Assembly (NCBI RefSeq): GCF_003790525.1
Contig: NZ_CP033635.1
DNA length: 64,000 nt
Source of the DNA: Escherichia coli
GTDB taxonomy: Bacteria; Pseudomonadota; Gammaproteobacteria; Enterobacterales; Enterobacteriaceae
Strand: one strand, 5' to 3'
How positions within the stretch are numbered: position 1 is the first letter of the stretch; the number at the start of each line of letters is the position of its first letter. The notes beneath the pieces are model-generated. The model saw only the letters and a list, made by a program, of their open reading frames with translations, had not been told where the DNA came from and searched no databases. Made by a program: the position numbers and the translations under genes. Shown one piece after another: positions 40,172 through 51,296 of this stretch.

Positions 40172-40750
40172 TCAGGACCGCTGCCGGAGCGCAACCCACT
40201 CACTACAGCAGAGCCATGTAGACAACATCCCCTCCCCCTTTCCACCGCGTCAGACGCCCGTAGCAGCCCGCTACGGGCTTTTTCATGCCCTGCCCTAGCG
40301 TCCAAGCCTCACGGCCGCGCTCGGCCTCTCTGGCGGCCTTCTGGCGCTCCTGCTGCGGCGTCCGCTCGTGGGCCGTGGCGCGGGTCCGCGCGCCGGCCTC
40401 GTGCGCCTGGCGCTCGCGGGCGAGGTCCAGGGCGGCCGTCTTCACGTTCTGCCTTGCGCAGATGAGATAGATCTAGCGTGGACTCAAGGCTCTCGCGAAT
40501 GGCTCGCGTTGGAAACTTTCATTGACACTTGAGGGGCACCGCAGGGAAATTCTCGTCCTTGCGAGAACCGGCTATGTCGTGCTGCGCATCGAGCCTGCGC
40601 CCTTGGCTTGTCTCGCCCCTCTCCGCGTCGCTACGGGGCTTCCAGGGGTCGTTTGCGGGAAGGGGCGGAATCCTACGCTAAGGCTTTGGCCAGCGATATT
40701 CTCCGGTGAGATTGATGTGTTCCCAGGGGATAGGAGAAGTCGCTTGATAT

Positions 40751-41587
40751 CTAGTATGACGTCTGTCGCACCTGCTTGATCGCGGCCGCGATAGCTAGAT
40801 CGCGTTGCTCCTCTTCTCCATCCGCGTTCCAAGCTGCGGAAAGGCACCCATAAGCGTACGCCTGGTCGAGCAGGCGACGCGGATCGACGTCCAGCGCACG
40901 AGAGAATGCGTCCGCCATCTGTGCAATGCGTCTAGGATCGAGACAAAGGTCGTCTCTGTCAGCCGGATCGTAGAACATATTGGCGGCGCCAAAGCCCACT
41001 TCACCGACCAGACCGACGGGATCTATCACCAGCCAGCCGCGACTGGAGAACATGATGTTTTCATGATGCAGATCGCCATGTAGCCCACGCAGTTCCGAGG
41101 CATTGCTCATCATTTGATCGGCTATAATCGCCGCGTGGACGTAGTCAGTTTGACAACCTGCGTTTTGATCATCGCGCGCCCGCTGAAACAAAGCTGCAAA
41201 GCGATCCCGGATCGGGAGAAGGGCAGAAGGCAGGGGTTCCTCAGATGCGGCATACAGCTTCGCCATTAGTTCCGCTGCAATTTCGGTCGCCTGGTAGTCG
41301 CCGTGCTCGGCAACGATGTGAGAGAGCATTCGCTCCCCGGCATATTCGAGCAACATCAGATTGTTCTCACGACCGAGCAACCGGACTGCTCCCCTCCCAT
41401 TGCGCCATACCAGATAGTCGGCCCCGCGCAGTTCATCAGCAATGTCTTCTATAGGTTTCAATCCCTTGACGATTGCAGGAGTCCCGTCTGGCAATGAAAC
41501 TTTCCAAACGAGGCTGGAAAAGGTGTCCGCAATGAGAACAGGTTGCGAAACGTGCCAATGAGCAGGAAAAACAGGCGGCATGAACAT
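40751..41587 (-). CDS. strB: aminoglycoside 6-phosphotransferase APH(6)-Id
   Basis: MFMPPVFPAHWHVSQPVLIADTFSSLVWKVSLPDGTPAIVKGLKPIEDIADELRGADYLVW... Confidence 0.95.
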   Translation of the reverse strand: MFMPPVFPAHWHVSQPVLIADTFSSLVWKVSLPDGTPAIVKGLKPIEDIADELRGADYLVWRNGRGAVRLLGRENNLMLLEYAGERMLSHIVAEHGDYQATEIAAELMAKLYAASEEPLPSALLPIRDRFAALFQRARDDQNAGCQTDYVHAAIIADQMMSNASELRGLHGDLHHENIMFSSRGWLVIDPVGLVGEVGFGAANMFYDPADRDDLCLDPRRIAQMADAFSRALDVDPRRLLDQAYAYGCLSAAWNADGEEEQRDLAIAAAIKQVRQTSY

Positions 41588-42390
41588 CAACCCCAAGTCA
41601 GAGGGTCCAATCGCAGATAGAAGGCAAGGCGTTCGCGGTCGGGGGCTTCGATCCCCAATACATTGAATAGGACAGCGAAGGCGCGCTCTGCTTCATCTGG
41701 CGCTGCCCAGTTCTCTTCGGCGTTAGCAATCATGAGTGCCAAATCGGCATAGCGATCTGCTGTTCCGAGCCGCCCAAGGTCGATCAGACCCGTGCATTGA
41801 AGAGTTTTAGGGTCCACCATGAAGTTCGGCATGCAGGGATCACCATGGCAAACAACCATATCGGTGCGCTCTTGGTCGAGCCGCACCGGTAGCTCTCGTT
41901 CGACACGAGCCAAAAGATCGAGCTGCGGCGTACTCTTGTCCTCGTCCGGTAAGAAGTCGGGATTGACGGCATTGCGGGACACCACATCAACGGCGCGTCC
42001 GAACATTCGCGACAGCCTGCGCTCAAACGGACATTGATCAACCGATAGGCTGTGAACAGCGCCAAGTTGCTGCCCCATTGACGGCCACGCTTTGAGCAAA
42101 TCCGCTCCAGACAGATCAGCCGCCGGTACTCCCGGAATTGCCGTTATCACCAAGCATGCACCCTCCTGTTCCTCCTGCCAGTTGATGACCTCGGGGCAAG
42201 CCACACCTCGACCTTTGAGCCAAATGAGGCGGTCACGCTCTCCAGCGAGCTCACCGCGGCGGGAAGCAGGTGCGATTTTCGCGAAGGCATGCCCGTCACC
42301 ACGTCGAAAAACAAAATCACCAGATTCTCCGCCTCTGACAGGCAACCAGTCAGAATGCGATTCACCAAAAAAAATATTAGTTCGATTCAA
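41587..42390 (-). CDS. strA: aminoglycoside 3''-phosphotransferase APH(3'')-Ib
   Basis: MNRTNIFFGESHSDWLPVRGGESGDFVFRRGDGHAFAKIAPASRRGELAGERDRLIWLKG... Confidence 0.95.
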   Translation of the reverse strand: MNRTNIFFGESHSDWLPVRGGESGDFVFRRGDGHAFAKIAPASRRGELAGERDRLIWLKGRGVACPEVINWQEEQEGACLVITAIPGVPAADLSGADLLKAWPSMGQQLGAVHSLSVDQCPFERRLSRMFGRAVDVVSRNAVNPDFLPDEDKSTPQLDLLARVERELPVRLDQERTDMVVCHGDPCMPNFMVDPKTLQCTGLIDLGRLGTADRYADLALMIANAEENWAAPDEAERAFAVLFNVLGIEAPDRERLAFYLRLDPLTWG

Positions 42391-42450
42391 TGGAGGTTCC
42401 TTCAGTTTTCTGATGAAGCGCGAATATAGAGAAATATCCCGAATGTGCAG

Positions 42451-43266
42451 TTAACGAATTCTTGCGGTTTCTTTCAGCGCCGCCAATACCGCCAGCCCGT
42501 CGCGCAAGGGGCGCGGCTCGTGTGTGCGGATGAAGTCAGCTCCACCTGCGGCGGCGGCAAGCTCTGCAGCGAGTGTCGCGGCCCCGACATCCCCCGGACC
42601 ACGGCCTGTGAGCGCGCGCAGAAAGGATTTGCGCGAAACAGACAGAAGCACCGGCAAATCGAAGCGCAGCCGCAATTCATCGAACCGCGCCAGCACCGAG
42701 AGCGAGGTTTCGGGAGCAGCCCCCAGAAAAAACCCCATGCCGGGATCAAGGACAAGGCGGTTGCGTTTGATACCGGCTCCCGTCAGCGCCGCGATGCGCG
42801 CGTCAAAGAACGCCGCAATGTGATCCATGATGTCGCCAGCGGGTGCCTCGCGCCGATCTGCCTGCCCGTCTTGCACCGAATGCATAACGACGAGTTTGGC
42901 AGATGATTTCGCCAATTGCGGATAGAACGCAGCGTCTGGAAAACCGCGAATATCATTGAGATAGGCCACACCACGCGACAAGGCATAGGCTTGCGTCGCG
43001 GGTTGATAACTGTCGAGCGAGACGGGAATGCCATCTGCCTTGAGCGCGTCCAGCACCGGCGCGATACGCGCGATTTCTGTGTCGGACGAAACAGGCGCGG
43101 CGTCGGGATTGCTGGATGCCGGACCGAGGTCGATCACATCTGCCCCCTCGGCCATCAGCTTACGCGCCTGCGCAATGGCTGCGTCTGGCGCCAGATACCG
43201 GCCTCCATCGGAGAAACTGTCCGAGGTTATGTTGACGATGCCGAAAATGATGAGCGATTTATTCAT
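42451..43266 (-). CDS. sul2: sulfonamide-resistant dihydropteroate synthase
   Basis: MNKSLIIFGIVNITSDSFSDGGRYLAPDAAIAQARKLMAEGADVIDLGPASSNPDAAPV... Confidence 0.95.
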   Translation of the reverse strand: MNKSLIIFGIVNITSDSFSDGGRYLAPDAAIAQARKLMAEGADVIDLGPASSNPDAAPVSSDTEIARIAPVLDALKADGIPVSLDSYQPATQAYALSRGVAYLNDIRGFPDAAFYPQLAKSSAKLVVMHSVQDGQADRREAPAGDIMDHIAAFFDARIAALTGAGIKRNRLVLDPGMGFFLGAAPETSLSVLARFDELRLRFDLPVLLSVSRKSFLRALTGRGPGDVGAATLAAELAAAAGGADFIRTHEPRPLRDGLAVLAALKETARIR

Positions 43267-43506
43267 GGGGGCTTCTATAATAATAATAATCGAGCATGAG
43301 TCTCATACGGATGCTCGGGTCGAAAGGGAATCCCCAGGCGAGTAACCTGTTTGCGGTGATCCATTAGCTGCAGGAGCAGAATAGCATACATCTGGAAGCA
43401 AAGCCAGGAAAGCGGCCTATGGAGCTGTGCGGCAGCGCTCAGTAGGCAATTTTTCAAAATATTGTTAAGCCTTTTCTGAGCATGGTATTTTTCATGGTAT
43501 TACCAA

Positions 43507-44073
43507 TTAGCAGGAAAATAAGCCATTGAATATAAAAGATAAAAATGTCTTGTTTACAATAGAGTGGGTTTCCGGTGCTCCTTTGACACTCTCTCCATAT
43601 CCCTCAGGTCCGGCACCAACAGATACCACGTTATTTTCTCCCGACACCTGTGAGCCATGGCCCAGAGCTACAGAGCCTGAAGAATTTTCTATTCCAGCCC
43701 ATCCCCCAATAGCAACACTCTGCTGTGAATTAAGTACCTCAGCGCTCTTACCTATGGCAACACCATATTTTGACTCAGCCTGACCGGCATCCCTTCCCAG
43801 GGTGACACTGTGTGGAGAATTATACACTCCCGAAAAAGAGCCAAACTGAAGACTTCCTGGTGAATCCATGTTAAAAGCGCCACCTCCCAAAAGGAAAGTG
43901 TTATTAGCTGTACCAGTTGAATTCGTAATAAAAGAGTTTTCTCCAATCAGTAAGCTGGAAGAATTAGCATCAACAGGCCCTGTCAAAACAGCCTGAGCCT
44001 GAGCCGAGAGCAGCAGGGCCACACTCACTGCCAGCGCGCTTTTCTTTAAAAAAGCATCACGTCTTTTAAGCAT
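43507..44073 (-). pseudogene. YadA-like (trimeric autotransporter) adhesin gene, N-terminal fragment
   Basis: Signal peptide MLKRRDAFLKKSALAVSVALLLSAQAQA then head-repeat-like SVAIGGWAGIENSSGSVALGHGSQVSGENNVVSVGA; ORF ends abruptly near the resistance module. Confidence 0.5.
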
Positions 44074-44561
44074 TCTGTTATTCTCCTGTATTATTACTTC
44101 ACCAGCCAGAACGGTAGTGCGGAGCAAAAATACAGTGATAAGAATCCTCTTTTATTAATTTAATAATGCCAGGAATATTATTGTGTATAATATGCGACCT
44201 CAATTTAAGCAGCAGAAAACGACTGGCATTAAAATCATTAAATTATAAACATATACAACTTTGTAAAGGTGGTTATAATAAACCTGATTACTTTAACGTC
44301 TGTATACCTGCACTGCTGATATCACAAAACAATAAAAATCCTGGTTAATATCTCTGATGATTGAATGAGAAATTCACGATGTCTGGTGAGAATTCTGTTC
44401 AAAACGAGGAATGCAGACGTACATGTGGCAGGCATGGACTTCTACCAATTTAACTTTTTTCCTTCCTTGTATTTACACATTGCACATTTTGCGCTACAAA
44501 AATTTCACGTGGCACGCACCACGTGATCCGTAGAAAAGCCTCTTGTTACGAATTTCGTAAA

Positions 44562-44592
44562 CCGCACGTCTGTCTGGTCGTGCGGATTTTTT
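44562..44592 (+). terminator. rho-independent terminator-like hairpin
   Basis: ccgcacg-tctgtctggt-cgtgcgg followed by attttttat. Confidence 0.4.
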
Positions 44593-44812
44593 ATCCGTCA
44601 ACTTCACATGAAACCCGCCAGAGCACTGTTTCCGGATTCAGACATCAGGCATATTATTATCCACGATGTCGTGAACAAGATCACACTTTTGCAATTCCTT
44701 TATTGATCGAAAGCAGTTAATCACGGAAATTAATTACCGGAGTGAAAGCATTTGCTATATAAACATTCCCAGAAGACATCTTCATGTTGAATATTATTCC
44801 CTTATTGACTAG

Positions 44813-44845
44813 CCCCTCTGACAGAATTTCAGAGGGGGTTTTTTA
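44813..44845 (+). terminator. rho-independent terminator-like hairpin
   Basis: cccctctga-cagaatt-tcagagggg followed by gttttttat. Confidence 0.45.
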
Positions 44846-44949
44846 TCAGTTTCACCATCCAACCCTGTACGCCAGAATGGTTTCACTGTCACTCAGTTCT
44901 GCTATTGCCTTTTTCATCTCCCTTTACCTTACGTTCTGCCAGAGTCTGA

Positions 44950-45040
44950 GCCATTTGAACAGGAGGTTATCATTGATATCGTGTTCCCGGGCAATACGGG
45001 CAACAGAGGCTCCTGGTTGCAAAACCAGTTTAACCATTTG
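44950..45040 (-). pseudogene. remnant of an IS transposase orfA-like HTH region
   Basis: Minus-strand translation GASVARIAREHDINDNLLFKWLRLWQ is typical of IS orfA HTH helices; short, flanked by stops. Confidence 0.35.
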
Positions 45041-45300
45041 AAGTTTAACTCATTTGAAAATGATCTGCGGGGTTCTGCGGATAATGTTTTTGCTCCATAA
45101 CAGGCGCCCACCAGTTTGAAAAGGTGGGCACCTACGTTACCAATACTGGCTTAATGGATACATACGGCGGTCGGTTCTTACGGTAAAACGACACAACCAA
45201 ACGCTTCTTATCCTGCAATGAACTGCTTTATTACCGAGTTTAGTGACCGCACAGACACTCACTTTTAAGAAAAACAGAATGGTAAACAAACTCCATGAAT

Positions 45301-45490
45301 TACAATAGCTCTCTGGCTGCCGCCACAATAGCTTGCGCGGTTAACCCGTACTCTCTCTGTAAAAAGTCCTGAGTTTCAACCTGGCCATACCGCTCTTTAA
45401 CCCCCACCCGACGCATGGGCACAGGACAAGTTTCTACAAGCACTTCAGCAACTGCTGAACCTAATCCATTATGAATACGGTCATGACTCC
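45301..45490 (-). pseudogene. transketolase-family C-terminal fragment
   Basis: Minus-strand translation ...GLGSAVAEVLVETCPVPMRRVGVKERYGQVETQDFLQREYGLTAQAIVAAARELL* matches transketolase C-terminal domain end; 5' part replaced by IS1-like remnant. Confidence 0.5.
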
Positions 45491-45499
45491 AATTAGTTG

Positions 45500-46140
45500 A
45501 ATTAGGGGTATAATAGCCACTTTTAAGGTTCTTTCATGGTCACAGTTAACCTTCATTGCTCCTGTTGCCAGTCCGTTCAGGTTTACCGTCACGGGAAGAA
45601 CCCAAAGGACATGATCGATTTCGCTGCCGTGACTGTCATCGAGTGCTTCAGCTCACTTACCGTTACGAGGCCCGTAAACCGGGAGTTAAAGAGCAAATCA
45701 CTGAAATGGCTTTCAACGGTGCCGGAGTTCGCGATACTGCCCGTACGCTGAAAATCGGCATTAATACTGTCATCCGGACTTTAAAAAACTCTCGCCACGA
45801 AGAATAACGTCATACCCGGTCGCTCATGCTGATATGGCTCTCATCTGCGAACTTGATGAGCAATGGAGTTTTGTCGGCAGTAAAGCGCGACAGCACTGGC
45901 TCTGGTACACGTACAACACGAAAACTGGTGGCGTTCTGGCCTACACTTTTGGCCTACGGACTGATTAAACCTGTCGTGAATTGCTGGCGCTGCTTGCCCT
46001 TTTACCATCGGTATGTTGACCACTGACGAATGGGGTAGTTACACCAGAGAGTTACCGAAGGAGAAGCATCTGACTGGTAAGATTTTTACTCAGCGCATTG
46101 AGCGCAACATCTACCTCTGAGAACCCGAATCAAACGTCTG
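45500..46140 (+). mobile_element. divergent IS1-family element remnant (insA- and insB-like frames interrupted)
   Basis: CSCCQSVQVYRHGKNPK / RFRCRDCHRVLQLTYRYEARKPGVKEQITEMAFNGAGVRDTARTLKIGINTVIRTLKNS (InsA-like, split by frameshift) followed by InsB-like ELDEQWSFVGSKARQHWLWYTYN... with stops. Confidence 0.55.
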
Positions 46141-47156
46141 GCCCGCAGAACTATCTGTTTCTCGCGCTCTGTAGAACTTCATGAAAAAGTCATCGGTGCC
46201 TTTATCGAAAAATATATGTTCTACTAATTGGAGTCACCACCTTCGTTTGTTTAAAGAACCTGCTGGTCCTGCCATTAATATTACCTGCTGATTGCTTCAC
46301 ATCCGGATTCCTCGCACTGCGCGCGGGTTATTGTTTCGTTTTCGGCCACGGGGTCGCCAGGGCTCTGTTTGCAGGCCATGATGGCCTGACCTGTACTGTT
46401 TCTCAGGCACTGAGATGTCCGTTTACGCCATTTGTTCCCGGATATCCTTAACCTCTGACGTTTGTTCCCTGCCCCTCTGTCTGATAACGAATACGCTCAC
46501 AACGCACAGTACTGAACAATACCGACAACAACATGTCTTACATGAAATTCGCTGTAACATCCACCGGAAAACATTTTCAGATATCGGATGAGGTACTACT
46601 TCCATTGACAGCGCGAGGTAACAAAATTGATGGTAACTCTGACCATTAACCGTAAACCGCAGGGTATTTTCAGTAAATCACCGGCAACGCCGCTGCAGGA
46701 TAAAACGGACACAGCATACAAAATGAAGGCCGGTGACCAGATACCACAGTTGAACGATAAACAGAAACCTGCTGATAAAACACCGTGGCGACATGACAAA
46801 ACGCCAGAGCAAAAACCGTAAGCGCATTATTCGTCTTGTGGAACTCTGGCCTGAGTCATTCAACCGGGAAAAAAACAAAACCACTTAAAGTGGGGATACC
46901 TGACGACCTGATACAGGATATCGCCATCCGAGAACTGGCGTTTGGCGCTGGTACATTACATGCAGCAGTGGCGTCTTATGTGCAGTCTCCGCGCTATTAC
47001 CGTGCGTTAATAGCAGGTGGCGCCCGTTACAACCTGAACGGTCAGCCGTGCGGGGAAGTGACACCACAGGAACAGAAAGAGGCAGAGACCCGTTTAATGA
47101 TGCTGAATGACCGACGAAAAGCCAGAAAACCTCGTTGACTGCACAACTGCGCTGAT

Positions 47157-47705
47157 TCACTGAGCTGTAATCAATGTACAGCGCTGTACCGGACGATGGG
47201 TAATGGCGATCACAACCGGTAACCCCAGAGACAATGCGACTGTTTTTAACGCAACATACTGGCCAGATGTATCACCCCGGGCAACCCGAAAACACCTTTC
47301 AACCTGGCATTGTCCGCCAGCGCTTATCACCTTCCAGGTCTGTTGCAATAAATCCACCCGTTGCGAACATTCTTCATCAACCGTGGCACTGGCCCGCGGA
47401 TGGCAAATGCTCGTCTGGCTGAGCAGCAACAGGCATCGTATTGTTGCTCCTCCATGTTGTTCCCGCAACCAGCGTAATACCACCGGCGAGGATGGACAGG
47501 CAGTGTGATTACGCTCAGTAATACGTTCGTGCACCTGTCGGTAAAAGGAAGTACAGAATGCCTGAATCTGTTGCCCGTTGATGTTTCCTTCAGCCGAATG
47601 GAGCGTGAAGTGGACTGCCAGCAGACGCGGCCAGTGGTCCACCGCCTGCTGAACAAAACGCCGGATGTCTCCCGGCTCTGAAATTAAGGCTTCGGTTATT
47701 TGCAC
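47157..47705 (-). CDS. hypothetical protein (CP4-like island)
   Basis: 182-aa ORF adjacent to alpA-like gene; no family recognised. Confidence 0.3.
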   Translation of the reverse strand: MQITEALISEPGDIRRFVQQAVDHWPRLLAVHFTLHSAEGNINGQQIQAFCTSFYRQVHERITERNHTACPSSPVVLRWLREQHGGATIRCLLLLSQTSICHPRASATVDEECSQRVDLLQQTWKVISAGGQCQVERCFRVARGDTSGQYVALKTVALSLGLPVVIAITHRPVQRCTLITAQ

Positions 47706-47973
47706 GAAATGTTCCTTTTCAAACCCTGTTGAATTTTGTTAAGCCGGTGCAGACACACGGGAAGGTGCGCATCAACACCGGTGTAATGCCAGTTATAAAC
47801 AATGTGAATGGAATGACGAATCAGTCAGGAAAGAGCTACAACCTGCTGGCTGACCGGAGAGGGTCAGCAGGAAAATGAACGGTAATGTCGCCAGCACCAG
47901 GGACAGGGCTGATTTCCGCAATACCAGCGCCGGCATTTTGCACATTGCCAGCGTACCGGCATCACAACACGTT

Positions 47974-48210
47974 TCATGCTGCTGCTCCTCGTGATTCCTC
48001 AATTCGCTGCTGCATCCACTGCTCCACTTCACTTTTGTACCAGCGGCTGCTGCGGCCCAGCTTGATGGGTTTCGGGAAATGGCCTTCACTGATCAGCTTG
48101 TAAAACCATTTGTCGGTCATACCGGTGAAACTGGTGATGTAGTTCATGTCGATCAGGGGATCGTCAGCACGCAGCAACACGCTGTCGTGGCCTGTCATTG
48201 AGGTCAACAT
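47974..48210 (-). CDS. alpA: AlpA-family phage transcriptional regulator
   Basis: ...ITSFTGMTDKWFYKLISEGHFPKPIKLGRSSRWYKSEVEQWM resembles AlpA HTH; true start probably internal. Confidence 0.6.
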   Translation of the reverse strand: MLTSMTGHDSVLLRADDPLIDMNYITSFTGMTDKWFYKLISEGHFPKPIKLGRSSRWYKSEVEQWMQQRIEESRGAAA

Positions 48211-48278
48211 GGTCAGAATGTCCTTTATGAGATTTATGAAGGTTGTGCAAATGCGGATTAATCTGCTGAACGGTGTTT

Positions 48279-48852
48279 TCAGAGCTGGCCTGCTACGGGA
48301 TACCAGGGATTACCGGCGAGGTAACGGGCTTCCGGATCGCGCACACCACGACGATCGCGGGCGAAATCACTGAACGCCCATATCAACTCTTTGAGGATGT
48401 CTTCGCAGTCCGGTGAACGACTGTCCAGCACCACATCCCGTGTTATCTGCTTCTGGTACGGTGCCGCTTCACCCGGTGACGCGAAGCCCAGTACGTTGCT
48501 CCAGGCATCCAGAATCAGCCGGTCCAGTTCAGGGCCATCGAAATACTCCTGTCTGACGCATAACACCACGTGGTATTCCGGTTTTTCAGGATGACGGGTC
48601 AGGAGCCAGCAGAGGTCACGTCCGGGTGTTGCATTCATCAGCGCACTGACGGTTTCGATAAAATCCATACCGAACCAGATTTTTCTGTCACTGAAGGCGT
48701 TGTCATGTTCCCACGGCAGACGAAGCAGGATCCGCCGTACCCGGGAGCAGGACTGTTCACGCAGCGCACGGTTGAGAACACCGATGATTTTGTTCTGATA
48801 AGACGGCCAGAAGGGCGCCAGGCTATAGTCGAAATGAGGGATACCATTCATA
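48279..48852 (-). CDS. YfjJ/YagK-family (inovirus Gp2-like) protein, paralog 1
   Basis: About 190 aa; family resemblance to the two paralogs at 49135 and 54086. Confidence 0.5.
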
Positions 48853-49134
48853 AGATATGCTCCATATGGAAACGCACGACGCATCCCCGCCAGCGAAAGA
48901 CGAGCGTATGGTGAAACTGAAGGCGTCGTGTACTGAGATTGTTGATGTGATAACCGTGGAACCGGGGATGGCAGATGTCGTATGCCAGGACAGTCAGGAG
49001 ACCAGACAGGTGTAAAATTCCTGAGGTGGGTTTAAGGTGAATGATCTCCGTTGACTTCAGTTCACATCATTAATCAGGGCGGTAGATTTTTACCGACGGA
49101 GTGTTTCCAGGAGCGGAGGCTCAGGCCTTAAGCT

Positions 49135-49701
49135 TCAGAAGTGAGGCTTACGAGGACGCCCTGCAGCAGGACGCTCAGGAACTTCACTGCAGCCGTAGGC
49201 ACACAGCCCGTCTTTTTGCTCTTCTTTCGCCAGATAATGCAGGGCACCGCGAATATTATCGATGCTTTCAGGATCGTTGTGGCGCACAGGAATGTTGATG
49301 TTGTATGTATAATGCGGCTGATATGTACAGCGGTGTGCCGAACCGCTGTTATGCGTAATAGACTGCCAGCATTCCGTAATCCGCTCCGCAAAGGGATATA
49401 TTTTTTTAACCCTCTGACGATCGAGCCAGAAAACCGCATGCGCATGAAAACCATGATCAGCCGTCCATTCAATCACCCAGAAGAAACCAACGATATTTTC
49501 AAATTGTTCCACCTGCTCCAGCAGCATACGCAACTGCAATTCAAGCCAGCGATGATCAGGTTGTAAGAAATCAGGCGTATCTTTCCTGTAGAAGAAATCC
49601 ATGCGTAAGGCCCGCAGACGGGAATAGCGTGCGACCAACTGATTGATGTGATTGTCAAGTAAAGCGGTAAAAAACCAGTTTGGTGTGTAAGATTTAGGCA
49701 T
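49135..49701 (-). CDS. YfjJ/YagK-family (inovirus Gp2-like) protein, paralog 2
   Basis: 188 aa; ...HGFHAHAVFWLDRQRV... motif typical of the family. Confidence 0.6.
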   Translation of the reverse strand: MPKSYTPNWFFTALLDNHINQLVARYSRLRALRMDFFYRKDTPDFLQPDHRWLELQLRMLLEQVEQFENIVGFFWVIEWTADHGFHAHAVFWLDRQRVKKIYPFAERITECWQSITHNSGSAHRCTYQPHYTYNINIPVRHNDPESIDNIRGALHYLAKEEQKDGLCAYGCSEVPERPAAGRPRKPHF

Positions 49702-51296
49702 GCTGATGACTCCTGAAAGTTAATGACGTTTTAAGTGCTGTAAACGAATTAATGCTTTCGCTCATAATCAGATCTAAAACGGTAATAACTTACAGACGGT
49801 ATTTATCAGGCATGCTGTAACAGAATGGATACGTCGGTTATTAACGACACGTAGCGTTGTGCAGAAATAAATGGATTATCTGATGGTATTAGCTAAAGAG
49901 ATGAGATAAACGAGGAGTGAATAAAATACAGAATCAATAAACATCACGAAATACTGCAAAATATGCGATAAAAACCCACGATCAGAAGTTCAAGAAACAT
50001 ATTACGACTAATCACCATCATAAATTACAAACTTGCTCTCAATGGTTCTAAAAAACCGTGTACAAGGCCAACACGATACCTGTAACCCAATAAACTTACA
50101 CGCACTCATTTTATCTGTTAAAAACAACTCATGTTCAAGATATGAACGTTAACGGGTACACGGTACCAGAATGAAACATACCATGGATGGATAATTTTCA
50201 TTTTATTTAAAATACAAGATAATCAGGAACGAACAAACACAATCAGAAATTCACTCTATTAATTCTGTTATTTACCCTGCTCGGCTAATCGTTACAGAAT
50301 AATGGATACCTTATTAAAGAGTAAGCATTCAGTTAATCAGTGATGACAGAAGTATTGATATTTACCAGAATGGTTAAAACATATCAGATAAACAATCATT
50401 GTTAAGCAAATACAGCTCATGATGGATAAAATTAAAATAAATTATTATTTTACTGAAAACAGGAACAGATGGATATCAGCAATAGCGTAGTAGAGAATAA
50501 CTTATCTGAGTATCATATGAGTTACAGTAGTTATGATTGAGGAATGGAGAAGGTGGATACCATGATAATGGTGACAATGAAGATTAGACAAGGAAGGGAG
50601 TGAATATAACTGGATGAGAATAAGAGTAATGGAATGTGTAAAGACAGAGAGGGAAAATGAAGGGCAGAGATGGATGATAAATAAAGGGGTAGATACTAAT
50701 TATAGTAATAAACCTAAATTAAAATTATCCATGTTTGATGAGTAAAAATAAGAAATCATCCGTTCTGAATACGAACATGACAAACCATTATCTTACAGAA
50801 AAAATATCAAATCATTTTTCTTCACTCTCCTATTGAAATGCAAACTTGAACAGCATCTCTTTTCAGTAACAGTGATAACCATTCGTTATTCAGGCAGAGA
50901 CCGACATTATCATATACACCTACACTCATCACGACGAAAATCAAACGAAGTTATATATGAAAACTCACACAATATGGTTAATGATTAGCTTTAATCTATG
51001 TTAAAAATAATCTTTCGATTCACTTTCGATCAATAAAAAACGAAAGCCATGCTTCCACCAGTGCGCACACTCCTGTATTCAACCAGCTCTGACAGCAGGT
51101 CATTATGAAAACAAAATTAAATCACAGATGTGGTGCATGTGCTGCTACTGTTGCTACCGTAGCGGTTTTTTCAGAGAAATTCTCATTCCCCCCCATAATT
51201 GGTGAACATTTGCATAGGTGCAGGATATGCAAAACGCCTTATCACCAACCTCCGAATGAAGGTTGGTTGATTTTGTTTTATCTGTGTAAGGTTATT

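Noticed and set aside
46596-47160. ORFs 46836-47138(+) and 46885-47160(-) between the IS1-like remnant and the CP4-like island
   Set aside because: Overlapping frames on both strands with no recognisable family; the region may hold a remnant of the island integrase or att site but I could not support a call
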